Below are positions 1-20,904 of a stretch of 64,000 bases of DNA, piece after piece. Position 1 is the stretch's first letter. The number at the start of each line of letters is the position of its first letter. The stretch comes from Trichoplax adhaerens. Lineage: Eukaryota > Animalia > Placozoa. The stretch is from assembly GCF_000150275.1 (NCBI RefSeq), contig NW_002060956.1:587379-651378 (forward strand), written 5' to 3'. A model generated the notes under the pieces. The model was not told the origin of the DNA and made no database searches. It worked only from the letters and a program-made list of their open reading frames with translations. Position numbers and translations under genes: made by a program.

Positions 1-2801
1 GTTTAAGTAAATAGGTATGAAGATTCTGGGTATTAGTGATTCTTTAATTAATGGCGATGATTATAAATTACATGAGTTTTTTAAATAACAATAATCATAG
101 CCTAGGATACTTTTCACATTGGCCTTATATTACGCATATTTTCATCAATATCAAGCAAGCTTCAGAAATTGCTTAGTCGATTTTAGCTATCAGTTACTAC
201 CTCATCTGGGAGAAGAGAACAAATACATATATAAATATAACTCTACCCTAGGATGAATAATGCTTTCATGCATAGGGGAGGTCTAACACAAGAGACATCT
301 TATTAAAATTCGATATATTGCATAAGGACAATAAAACTTGAAGCTTCCATTAGGCAATTCCAGTGCAAGTATGTAAAACTGTAACTGTAGCGACTAAACC
401 TGTATGTTGTTATGTAGTGGTCGAAACCTTTATGCAATGCTACTTAAGTTAGATGTTACTGTTACTACCTGATTTATTTATATACGTTTAGCAAATTTTC
501 ACAATTTGTTACATCAGTAAAAGGAGTGAATTGTTTCTGAAACAGTGTTAGTCTATATTCTGCCAATTTTAATTACTCTAACAGATTACTTGATTAATTA
601 TAAGATGAAATGCTATCGTCTACAAATATGGGTAAAATTACGATTTTAGAATGACTTTCAATATTAATTTTATACTGACAAATTATGTACAACTGTACAC
701 TTCATAATAATGATAAAATTAGATTATCTAAGTGTATGCTGGATATGTACTGTAGGCCTTTTTTATGATCGATACTGGTGAAAAAGAAGCAAAAGTGAAT
801 TCTTGTTCCTATTGTACAGCAAGTTATCTTATTTAGAGGATAGACTACTTTGCAGCTTGTGCAATTTGATAAAATAAGTTGTCATATTAGAATAAAGTAT
901 AGATTATGGGACTTACTGGCTTTTAACGTAGGCCAATTTTCTTGTTCATATCTCAAATCTTTATAATCAACTCCTCCAGCGGCAAAAATTAGCCTAATAG
1001 TCTCTCCTCTAGCTGCTAAATTGAAATAGTGCAATGTAATGGCAGGCATGTTTATGGTTGTTGTTCTAAAACGTCCTTGATTTTAGCTAATACCAACAAG
1101 TCAAAGAGGAAAAGTTTTGATCTTGATTCAGCTTTTATACCGTTCGAATCAGATAGATAGCATCTGTTAGAATTGACTATCTGAAGATTTATCAACCAAT
1201 CAGGACTGAAATAGAATTAATTGATTGTTTTGATTATTTATTATTATTTTTCATCTAGATGCATTATTGTTTTTTCTACGCCTAGTTTATAGATTGTATC
1301 ATAACATATTAATACTAATGGTGTCTAATCAACACCTAGCAACTAAAAGAGTCAGTAATTACAATTCTCATCCCATATCCGATCATTGAATAAAGTTACA
1401 GCGTCATGGTTTACCTTATGACATGATATTTTGCTGATTGAGAGACAATAATCATCAACATAACCTCAATCGTCATTACTGTAAGGTCATATCTAGTATT
1501 TATGTCATATGGAATAATATTAGGGAAAGAAAAGTAGTTCTATATGCTTACTCAGCAAATTATGCTGCAAGTTCTTCTACTACTTTATTTCGCAAAAAAG
1601 AAGTTTTAGCCATAGGCTTCGGGGTAGAAATAATGAATGAAAGAAATTTTAAATACAAGACCAGCCGTTAATACTAATAGTATTGGACGTTATTCAACAC
1701 ATTAGATCACGTATGTGATAAAATTCATTCAATTTTTACATTTGCAAACATGTAAGTATTTATCCTTATAAGTCTTTGTCTTCAAATCATTTATTATTAG
1801 GTTGGCATATAGTGATGACGTGAACAGTATATGTATTGATGATCAACTGGTTTCAGTCTTGTAATAATAAAAGGTCAAGTTATTGACAGTGAATAATTAG
1901 AAAAAATGCATTATCATCCATTATATTATGCATAATAACTGATGGACTTAGGTAGCTAGTGAAACAAGCTATCATTAATTTTGAATACAATTACTGTAGT
2001 TTACTTAAATGAATACGAGTATATGTGTTCCTATACGCGTATATATAATATTGTATATATTATACTCTTATACTAGGATATGGATCCATATACAATACTG
2101 CTTAGTCATGCTTCCACAGTTGCAACACGTCATTTCGAAGAAGGATGTATTTATCAATTTGATCGATATCCATAGTAAAAGCTCTAACGATAAAGCCTGT
2201 AAGAATTTCTGGTCATAGTCCCAAACTGAAATGAATGAATGTAGTATTTTTGTCTATTTTGAGGGAACAAAAAAAGGAAAGCTACCACTTGCAAATAATA
2301 CATGCGGTGAAAAATACTCGTAAGTCTACAGTATGACATTAGTTCCGTCAACCAGTACTGTACAACGTACAGTATACAGGGTAAATGATGTATAAATCAA
2401 GGAAACACCATCAATTTTTCGTAAAGATAAGTGATGACTATTCACAAAACTAGAATATACATACATTGCTGCTTGCGACTCTGCACTTAAAGTAATCGCC
2501 TCTAATTGCCTCTATGGCAAGGGTAGGAGTAAAAATTGAATAAGGTTGATCATCTGCATCAGCTGAGGCATGCAGCTCATTATCACATGCAGCAGCATGT
2601 ACGGCACATTGTACAGCATACAGTATACAGTATTATAATTATACTTCTTATTAGTGTCGTCGAAATTGAAAGAAAAATGGTGGAGGGATAACTTTAATAT
2701 TGAAGATAAAAAAATTCTCTGAAAAGTTGAAGGACAGTTTGATTGGAAGAGAGTGGTCTTGAACATTTATTCGATAAAAATCGCTCGATAGTAAAACAAT
2801 T

Positions 2802-2873
2802 GGGCTCAGGCGGGAATCGAACCCGCGGCCTCTCGCACCCGAAGCGAGAATCATACCACTAGACCACTGAGCC
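2802..2873 (-). tRNA. tRNA-Pro, anticodon CGG
   Basis: Minus strand reads GGCTCAGTGGTCTAGTGGTATGATTCTCGCTTCGGGTGCGAGAGGCCGCGGGTTCGATTCCCGCCTGAGCCC (72 nt). Acceptor stem GGCTCAG/CTGAGCC, anticodon arm CTCGC-TTCGGGT-GCGAG, T-loop GGTTCGATTCC, and a TTTT Pol III terminator just downstream. Confidence 0.97.
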
Positions 2874-4126
2874 GTTGGTCATCGTCGGAACTGAAACTTT
2901 GCTAGTTAAGAATGTGGAATCAAATAAAAAATTTGCGCAGGCGTAGGTATACGTTACATAATATGCTGTGATGCAATGTAAAATGCGTCGAGTTGCAGTG
3001 AGCGTTATTAGAAGTGTCGATCTGTTCGATACTTACTACTACTTTAATACTTCAAAGTGCAGTGAGTGTTGCGCAGTACAGTACTGTACTGTTTACAGTG
3101 AGAAGTAGTGTACCGTACCGTACTGTACTGTACAGTATGAGAAAACCTACGTACTGTACAGTACTGTACGACTAAAGTGTGTACTGTACTGTACAGGAAA
3201 GTAATGGCCACTGAAAGTGCAATAAAGAAAATTTGAACATCCAAAATCCTAGTCTAAAAGCTGTTAAAACCTAAAAATAGAGCACTTTTTATTTCGTTTC
3301 CATAGAAAGAAGTGGCAAATTTATAAGCTTTATTATCCTGTTTATATAATATATGAAGATATTTAGCAGGCTACGGAGAGGGTCATTTAGCTATTACAAG
3401 TTTTTCAATTAGTAACAGCACGCTCTTAAGTCGACTAATGAATTTTTTTTCGACGTACAGCACGCAATTTTTTCGGTCTAATCCTTATGCTCACTTGAAT
3501 GTTGTATTTTTAAAATTTTCATTTACGGTTGTTAAAGCTCGATTAGAAATGAAGTGTTTTAATATAGAAAATTTTTAGATTTTTCTCTATTTTTTTTATG
3601 TATTTTAAAGAATTTTTAATTTTTAACGCTGCTGAAGCAACTAAAATTAAATTCGACATATTCAAAAATTAAGTTGATTTGACCGCAAATGGCCGTCAAA
3701 AAGCCTTGATTGTACTATACTTTTATGAGCCATTAGTGTACCGTGCGGCATGGAGCACCTGTAGTACAGTACAGTACCGTACTATCACTTAGAGGTTTAT
3801 TCACTTCAAGGTCTGTATCCTCATTATTGGCAGCCAAGTCGACGTTTCCTATACTGTACGACTTTGAAACGTTGGCGTACAGTACACCAGTGTGGAGTTA
3901 GCGTACTTTCACTCAAGTGTCTAGTACTGTACACTGTACATCTGCCCATCGATTTACTCCATCGGGACTGGTTATCGTCATGACGGTAACATAGGATCTC
4001 TATTATAACTTGACTCAGTTTAAGCACAGCCATAGGCATACCGTCAACACCGATGCACCTCACAAATTCGACGTCGTGCGACTGTTATTGAAACGTTTCT
4101 CCATCGTCTCGCAAACGTTCAATAGC

Positions 4127-12103
<7,977 letters not shown>

Positions 12104-13370
12104 AGGCAAATTAGTGGCTATTTGCCCTGTTATGCTATAATTATGGAAGGAAATTTTCCGATTGTATCGGATACCTACTAATCATTCCATCATATTGTTT
12201 AACATTTTGTAAAGTACTTTAGGCATTGTACACTATTTACAGATAACACTAGAATTGTTAGCAATCAATTTCCCCTATCTGTATTTATGTTATAATAGCG
12301 TCCCATTTTATGCGAAATAATCCAAGTAACGAAAGAGGTTTCACTTTTACCTATAGTAAATGCGAAAATAAAGATTGATTTTCATCTTTGATCTAATTTC
12401 TTTAGCTAATGTGTAATTGTTATGATGGTGGTATCAATCAACATTATCCTGCTGTTCCTTTAGGTTACAAATATCTACAGTAATTGCATTCAAGTTGATG
12501 TACGCGCATTTGAACATTTAACGACATTATTGTAATACTTGTACATGCCTAGGTGGGATGGAATCAAAAATTGAAGAAATAATAGTCGAAAAGTAATCAT
12601 TGAATAATTTTTGGATAATTTTATTATTAATTTTGAAACGAAGTAGCAAATTAAAAATTGAATAAGTACTGTATAAGGGTTACTGTTGACATTATGTATT
12701 ATCCATTAAAACTACTACAGCATACCGGTCATTTGGGACGAATTCTAAAATTAAGTGCTATAAGTAATCCAGCTGTTGCACAGTGATGAGTGTCGCAATT
12801 CATTGTTACAATGCAATTATAGGAATATGATTGAAATCATATCGTTTTTATGCTTGAAAAATACTGCCGTTATTAATTGTTCAAGAAATAACGGCCAGTA
12901 AATCTCCTTAAATTGTTTTATTTGAGAAAGTAGTATAATGTATTGTGTTCAGATTACAGCATGAGTGCAATGTACAGTACGTATAATATAGCAAAAGTCG
13001 AAAAACAAGTATGGTACAGTACTACTCCACAATATCCAACGTAATATTTAAGAATTTTACAAATTGATCATAAATACTCGTAAATTGCTTTTAACATTAT
13101 AAAGGCATTGATTATTTAGTACTGTAGTTCGGTATAACATACAATCGGCAATCGCCTTACCAAAGTGTTTTTGGTACTGATTTTTAACATCGGTAATTAT
13201 AGGTTATACTTTCTCATCTTATCACAGTACGACAGGGCAGCTGTTATCCTATATTGTTATACATGTATACATGCTTGTTCGTTAGATATCTCTCTATTTC
13301 TAAACAGTGAATTAAAGAATTATGCAGCAATTCATGGCATTGCGTTGTTAAGAACATCTTTTGAATAAAG

Positions 13371-14024
13371 TTATTTTTGATTTTTATCAATGAGAACTTG
13401 CATGGCACTGTCTGGTACTAAATCATTTTCGTTAACAAATTCATTGCAACCACCAAATGGGCAACGATTCTTTTTACCAGATTTCTGGTTAAGGTTCATT
13501 ATTTCTATTATGGCTGCATGTGAATAAGTATGACCACAATGGATATTTTTAACAGGATCTACGATGTCTCGTTTGGTGATGGGGCACGTGGTACTTCTGT
13601 GAACTTGTGTAGTAACTAGATCGTCGTTCATATCGTCTTCTATAGTAAATCCAGCATCTTGATATTGTCGAATAAAGGGATGTGCTCGTAGATCGTTTTC
13701 AGTAGCTTTATTTGCACTATCCAGGCAGTCTTGAAGTATGGTTTCATGGATATCTTGATGTGGGTTGATTCGTTGTTGATCATTATCAATTCTCATCTGG
13801 TAATCGCTTAAAGTTTGACTATATCCTTCGATGACTTTCTCCCATTCTTTGAGTTGACTATCGACTTTAGCATATTCGAAGATAGTATTCTCGAATTGAT
13901 TGACAAGTAGAGTATCTTCTTTATAGCTGATTGATTGTGCAACTTCAACTGCATGATCAGCAGCCTCATTGATGGTTCTAATAGCTTCAGAAATGGTCGA
14001 CATGATTTCACTGGCGCCCGCCAT
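13371..14024 (-). CDS. NSMCE2: E3 SUMO ligase NSE2/MMS21 (SMC5/6 subunit), intronless CDS, 217 aa
   Basis: Helical N-terminus, then DDLVTTQ and an SP-RING: CPITKRDIVDPVKNIHCGHTYSHAAI...RCPFGGC. Confidence 0.92.
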   Translation of the reverse strand: MAGASEIMSTISEAIRTINEAADHAVEVAQSISYKEDTLLVNQFENTIFEYAKVDSQLKEWEKVIEGYSQTLSDYQMRIDNDQQRINPHQDIHETILQDCLDSANKATENDLRAHPFIRQYQDAGFTIEDDMNDDLVTTQVHRSTTCPITKRDIVDPVKNIHCGHTYSHAAIIEIMNLNQKSGKKNRCPFGGCNEFVNENDLVPDSAMQVLIDKNQK

Positions 14025-14097
14025 GATTGCGTTTGTCGTTTTGCAGACTGTAGCAGCTTTCGATAGATCTGAGTCAGACGGTCTGACCGACCGACTG

Positions 14098-14240
14098 CTG
14101 TACAGTGTACAGTACCTTCAACATTATCGTCCGGACTGTACAGTACTATATAGTACACTATTGGAATCTACAGTACTGCGTACTGTAGTATACGATTATC
14201 ATCCATTGGCTGCTAGGTTGGTTTTGTACAGTGTAGTGTA
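14098..14240. promoter_or_regulatory. (GTACW)n-rich bidirectional promoter region, NSMCE2/UCP4
   Basis: TGTACAGTGTACAGTAC, CTGTACAGTAC, CTACAGTACTG and related motifs immediately 5' of the NSMCE2 ATG, between divergent genes. Confidence 0.55.
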
Positions 14241-15523
14241 CGGTTTTAGTGGTAGCGTCTAGTAGAATGACCAGAAAAATGTTTGGCGCGGCATTATTTT
14301 GCAGTGAGTGGCGACTTGTCGTCCTTCTTCTCTCTTTCTCTAGTACAAACCTACAAATAATCATGGTAGTATGTTAGGTTAAAGATGTTAATAGTCGATG
14401 ATGATGCCCAATGAAAACAACTGAATGACAAGCACACTAATAATGATGTTAAGTCGCTTTTATTAGTCGTTATTAGTCATTTGTAAGACAGCGCATTTTA
14501 GGCACATGGTACCATTTGAATGTAAACTCCCTACTTAGATACTCATATCATACATAACTTGCTATACTGAGTCTACTATAGTAGCGTATCGAGCAGAAAG
14601 TCGTACCAAGTCACAAGCTGCAAATCATCAGATCCAATCAACAGCTGACCAGGTCAAGGCCAAATCGTTCATTAAATTGGCTTAAATTGGCTCGAGTAGT
14701 CACTACTGGGAAGTTTAGCGATCTTTCAAGACAACTTGGCTACTATTCCATCTTCAGTGGTAAGTTTAGAAATTGGACTAACGCTGTGCTCGGTAGTTAA
14801 CGTTGATTGAAAGGGTTATGGGTGTCGATAATGGGATAGAAAAGTGGATGTTGAGCTGTTCAATGGGATGAAAGGTTCATCAGCCCAGCCCATCATCTGC
14901 CCTCTTCTTGTACATACATTACGTTAGCATCAGTATGCAAATAAGATTTCCCATTTTACATGGGAAATTTGATTTATTTTATCAGCTTGCTACAACGAAA
15001 TCATCACTGTAGAATCACTGATAGTCTTCTAAATTACTACGCTACTACTATTTTGAGGAGGCTGTCTATCTTTTAGCTTAATTGACGATATCAATGAGCT
15101 AAGGATGATGTCATAAGTCTGCTGGATGATAGCTTAAAAAGTCTCTATTGACTATTCATTCACGCGATGCTTTGCAGTCGGTAAGCTCGCGTAAAATAGA
15201 CCTCTGATCTATCCTCAAAACGACAGTATCTTGAGTTGACATGCAATATCTCATGGTATAGTAATGTATAAAAGCACAGGATTATTGCCGTATAGCTACT
15301 GTATATAGGTCAAGGAATCATGAATAGATGTAGTATGATCAATTAGTTATCGGCTAGATTTGCAGTAGTACAGAGACATTAATAGACATCGTTAAACGAT
15401 AGGAAGGATGGCGTTTTAAGCTTTACATTAACTTTCATTCATCTCTTTCTTGTAGTTGTAGAATTGATGCTGATTTTGTCAATCGATTGAAACTACAGGT
15501 GGTTAACCAAAGAAATAGACGAT

Positions 15524-18500
15524 ATGCGTCCAAAGCATCCAAGGCAAGATGGAGACAGCTTAGCTTTCGTATACGTACTGTCTATAGGAGCGGCGACAAT
15601 GTCAGAATTAGGTAACCATTACTACGGTATCAAGTGATCCCCACATAATGATTACCTCTCCTAAATTGAATGTTAGCCATCTGATTGAATCAATAGTCGT
15701 CGTACATTCTTATTCTTTCATCAGTTACTACAATTTAGGATAGTATTATTACTAGTACGACTCTCTTGTATGTTACGTGCGATATTGATGCGATGAAATC
15801 ATATATATCAAATGATCTTGTTAAAGACTTTTTTACAGTTACAGTGTTTGCATAATCTTGACGTCAGCGAACCTTTTAAATTATCATACCTTATTTCACT
15901 AATAAATTGATGATCAAATAGTCCGACTCATTATTTAGATATAGAAGTAGCAATTATAATAATTGAGCACTGTATAGTTTTTCATACAATGTAATAATTC
16001 GATGATAATGCGCTTGTAGACTTGTATATTGGAAGATCAATTGACGCGTATGTAATTTCTGCTGACCTAATTCGTTAACAATGTACATAATATCCACATC
16101 GGGTAGTGGCTGCTTCCAAATTAAACGATAACAGGCTTACTTCAAAACGTAGATTAAAGCATGTATTACTAGAAACCTACTTAAAGACAGGTAGAGCTCC
16201 TAATACTAATTTAAATTTCTAGTCTTTAAATTATGGAAGCATAGATTTTATTATTATCACTTATCGATGAAAGCTAGCAGAAAAAATTAGAAACTCGTCG
16301 AATATATTCTTATAATATCAGGATGATATCGTTATCAAAATGATGAATTATTCCAAAAATTGAAACATTATTAAGCTGCCCTATGTTTGTCACTTATTTA
16401 CTTGTATTATTGATAATTAATTCTCTTTAAAAGAATCGCACTTTCAGCGTAGTAGAGCTTTGCACTACTCTGCACTCTGAAAATATTTTACACCTTGTAT
16501 GCTCGCTCATTTAGGAAATAATTACCACATAGCAACGGCAATACAAAGCCATAGTGAGACTTTCGTAATGGATTGCGCATCTCGAATAGTTACTGTACAG
16601 AATGAAATTAAGTGTACCAAGCAATATTATTCTAGTAATATATTATTACTGTAGTTAAATGCAAGGATAATGATGTAACATACGCAAAAATATAAAATTT
16701 ATAACGTGCACCTTTTAAACAATTGCTAAAACGAAAAATTAAAAAATAAGCCTCCATAGCTTCTACTCTACGTATGCTTGATAGCGTAAATCTTAATAAT
16801 ACGGATGTAAGAAATGAAGATCAAATTTAATCGACACTAACACTTTCACTATCCAATTCCTTTTATATAGTAACTTTCCCGTTAGATTTAACCAAGACCC
16901 GATTAATAATTCAAGGTGAAGGAGTTGATAAAGATTTAGCCAAAAGGCAATACCGTGGTATGGCCAAAACACTAGCTAGTGTGGGTAAGCGTATATTTGA
17001 AATTTTTTCACTTACTAACTAAATCTTGATAAATGGCATCACTCGATCTATTGATAATTAATAGTAGTGCTCTGTTGTAGAGATGAAATCATGCGAAATA
17101 TCAAAAAATAAATATGTTGTGCATTGTAGTTAATGCTATAATAACTGTGATGGAATTACTGTAGATTGGTAATTAGAAATATACGTTGCTCGTTGCTCTT
17201 AATGGTTTCTATCAACTATCAAATAAAAATCTATCTCAACTAACATAAATATGCCTAAATTTAGTTAAAGAAGAAGGATTTCTAAGTTTGTACAAAGGTG
17301 TAACTCCTGGGATTCTAAGGCATGTTGGTTAGTAAGAATTTATTAGCAATATATTCCTTATAAGTAAGTTTGCTTTTTAATCCTGTGCTATTATTAACTA
17401 TTCTTTAATTGAACTTATGGCCAGTTTACTCCGGCGTCCGCATGGTCACTTACGAATACATACGTGAAAATATTTTAGGCAAACGAGAAGATGGCATATA
17501 TCCTCTTTGGTAAGTCAAAATAAATATAGTTTTACTTTTAATTTCAGGTACTAAATTCTAATTTCTTTATTTAAAATCTTTCAATAGGAAAGCTGTTATA
17601 TCCGGTATGACTGCTGGTGCTATAGGCCAGTTCTTAGCTAATCCAACGGATGTTATTAAAATTCAGATGCAAATGGAAGGAAAGAGAATCCGCGAAGGCA
17701 AAACTCCCAGGTTTGTACGAATTGTCATCATCCTTTACACTTGACTTTCCAAAAATTGATAGTTACCTTAATGGTTGACGCATGTCTAGTAATGTATAAT
17801 TCCTGGCATTTGTTACACAATTTTACTCTTGTTCAGCTGATTTATCTGAAAAAATTTGATAATTTATTCTGGAAAGGTATCGTGGAACGTTCGATGCATT
17901 CAGCAAGTTATATCGGAGCGGTGGTATTCGCGGTTTGTGGTTGGGATGGGGCCCGAATGCTACAAGAGCATCATTAGTTACCATGGGAGGTTAGATTGCG
18001 AATTTTAAATGAAATTTCTTTAATTTTTGAAATTGTTAACGAGCTAATGCTCCCATTAAAAGATGCCAACTTCATTGAATTTAGATTTAACTACATATGA
18101 TACGGTTAAACATTGGTTATTACTAAAAACGACATTGATCGATAACTGGGCCCTTCATTTGATATCAAGGTAAAAGATTATTGTCAAATAATCCTGTAAC
18201 GCCTACTTGTTCTTGTTTAGTAATTAATATATTATTTTTAATGATGTGATTATCATTCTTAAAAAATAGCTTATCTTCCTTACTTTTTTAATTTGTAATC
18301 TCTCAGCGGGTGCTCTAGCTTAGTAGCTGCTGTACTAGCAATGCCTGTGGATGTTGTCAAGACCAGGATAATGAATCAAAATATAGTCACTCCAAAGGAA
18401 GGGTAATGAAGAGTTTCAATTTATATTATGCGTTAGCTACTATCGATTGCTACCTCTGATATTTTACAGATAATTAAAAAAGAAGCTGTATTGTTTTAGA

Positions 18501-18858
18501 CATTTCTAATCATAAGTTTTCTTTATGCAGTCAAGTAATCTACAGTTCAGTTATCGATTGCTTAACCAAGACGGTAAGTAATTCAATATTTACTGAAAGA
18601 AATATTCAAGCTTTGACATGATCTTGATCATAAATCAAACATAGGTTAAAAACGAAGGATTATCGGCTTTATATAAGGGTTTTTTTCCAACATGGTTACG
18701 AATGGTTAGTATTAACTATACAGTATATACGCGTATTCTTATACTTAATAGCTGTATCTTATTTTAAACATTATTTATATCTTTAGTGTCCATGGTCGCT
18801 AACATTCTGGTTTACTTATGAAGAGATACGAAAACTATGTGGTACTCCATCCTTTTAG
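15524..18858 (+). CDS. SLC25A27: Mitochondrial uncoupling protein 4-like carrier (SLC25 family), about 11 exons
   Basis: Spliced exons give [93 protein letters not shown] and [34 protein letters not shown]...PSF-stop. This is three PxDxxK carrier repeats with UCP4-type motifs. A likely 5' UTR exon ends at about 14759. Confidence 0.93.
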
Positions 18859-20904
18859 AGATTAATTTTTAAAAGATATGGACAGTTATTTTTATATCGG
18901 TTTTTAATTGATAATGATGCACGAAATGGCAGCTACCGTTAGTTATGTGGCATAAATTAAGTCAACAAATTTATCAACCATCCTCGTGCGAAGATATTGG
19001 ATAGTACTTTTTCCTTATATTTCATGCATTATTGGACTGATGCATTATTCTTGCAGCTGAACATCTGTATTCTTGGAATAATATATAGACACGCGAATTT
19101 GCAAATTTTAAATCCTGTTATTTGGCTAATCTAAGAATCAATTTTTATACAACTTTAAAAAATCAGGATGTATGTCTATTTTGTGTTACCTTGCAGTATT
19201 TTCGTACTGCTACAAGCCCTAATTGACACTAGCATGACATTACTGTATGCTGAGTAACAGTTTCGGCATACATAATGTTACAGTTCATGTAGTATTTATA
19301 GCTAAATAGGAAGTTTCAATTTTGCAAGGGCGCTGCCTTATGTTCAATTAATAATTGACTTATAGTTTAGTGTTAACTTTAATACATTTACAAAGTCTTT
19401 AATTTCGAAGTACCTCGGTAACTTAACGAAATTTATGCGTAAAGTAATTATTCGAACTACTCAAGTATATTCAGTCTTAATCGGATACTTTCAAAATAGT
19501 ACTTAATAATATTTATATCGGAATCAAATTTGCTAGTTATTGAGTATTAATTGAACATGCTTTTAATACCGTTTCTATCAGAGTCTATGTTGTACTGATA
19601 TATGAATGTAAATTAGCTCAGTTTTGATATTGAGGATACCTGCAAATTGTAAGATATTGAAAAAGCTAGATTTCATTCAGGCTAATCTGGAGTCAATGCC
19701 TTATTATATTCGAAATGGCGTTAAAAATACGAATACATTGCGCATATGCTTAAATTTATCATCGTAATAAATAATAGATAAACATCTATAAACGTATACT
19801 TTAATTCGTAAATTTTTCTGGAAAGAGATCTGATGCTTGTCTAATTACCTGTTGATACATTGCTGTATAGGGCTATAATAATATCAATGATGCCATTTTA
19901 AATTGAAATACGCTTTATATTTATACGTGTATACAGTATATGTTTCGATTAATTGTATTTAATCTTTGTATGTATAGAGAATGGTATCACATTTGTAATC
20001 GAATATGCAAGATAAAAAGAGTTGGGAATCGATATCATTACTGACCCAACTAATTACTGTACTATACTGCATACTGCAATAAGCACAGTAACCTAATACT
20101 TGTATGCCTGCTTGTATAAAGTCGAGCTAGAATTAGGATACTGTATCAGCCTGCATATTTTGTAATTTTTCGAAGATATATTTATTTAAAATATGCTGGT
20201 AGTGGCTTAAACAGTGCCTGGTACATAAACATACAAGAATGCTTAATAGATTATTCGTGCTAATTAATGGGCAATTTTCATGCAATAGAAAGTCATTCCA
20301 CTTTCATTCACACATGCTAGATACTTGATGAATCGTGTTCGGTTACGGTTGCCGTGATATTATGGCCGCAAGTTAGCTGGTTACTGCCATCATTTCTAGC
20401 AGATTTGATATATACTGCAGCAATACGATAGCTCAAAATTATAATTGTCGCTGTGAATTAATACTGTACTGTATGCTACTTGCCTATATTTAATTTTCAC
20501 GCATCATAGAAGATGATTTGCTCAATATGATACTATATGCTATATTATGCCCCAATCATGGCAACTTTAGTATCAAAATAACCTTGATGCGAATTTTGGG
20601 CCAAGTGATACCGTCGCTAAAAATTCAAAATTTTCACTTGTCTCGTATAGGTAACAGACTAGTATACGGACTAATGTTTCATAATCCCATGTGCTCGCAT
20701 CTATACTTTCACGTTATTATTAATTATTGACAAACAGCTCTGCTCAGGCAGCCACTGCATGCAATCTTGACTCATTTCCTTCTAATTAAACTCTTATTCT
20801 CGTAAGTGCTTTTACTACCTGACTGTGGTGTCTGAAAGGAAGTCTAAAGTATCTACTAGAGTGGTTTTAAGTTTTGGAGTTTTCTAACAATTTATAATGA
20901 TAGC

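Noticed and set aside
2651-2854. 67-aa [20 protein letters not shown]...
   Set aside because: It is a translation through the tRNA-Pro gene.
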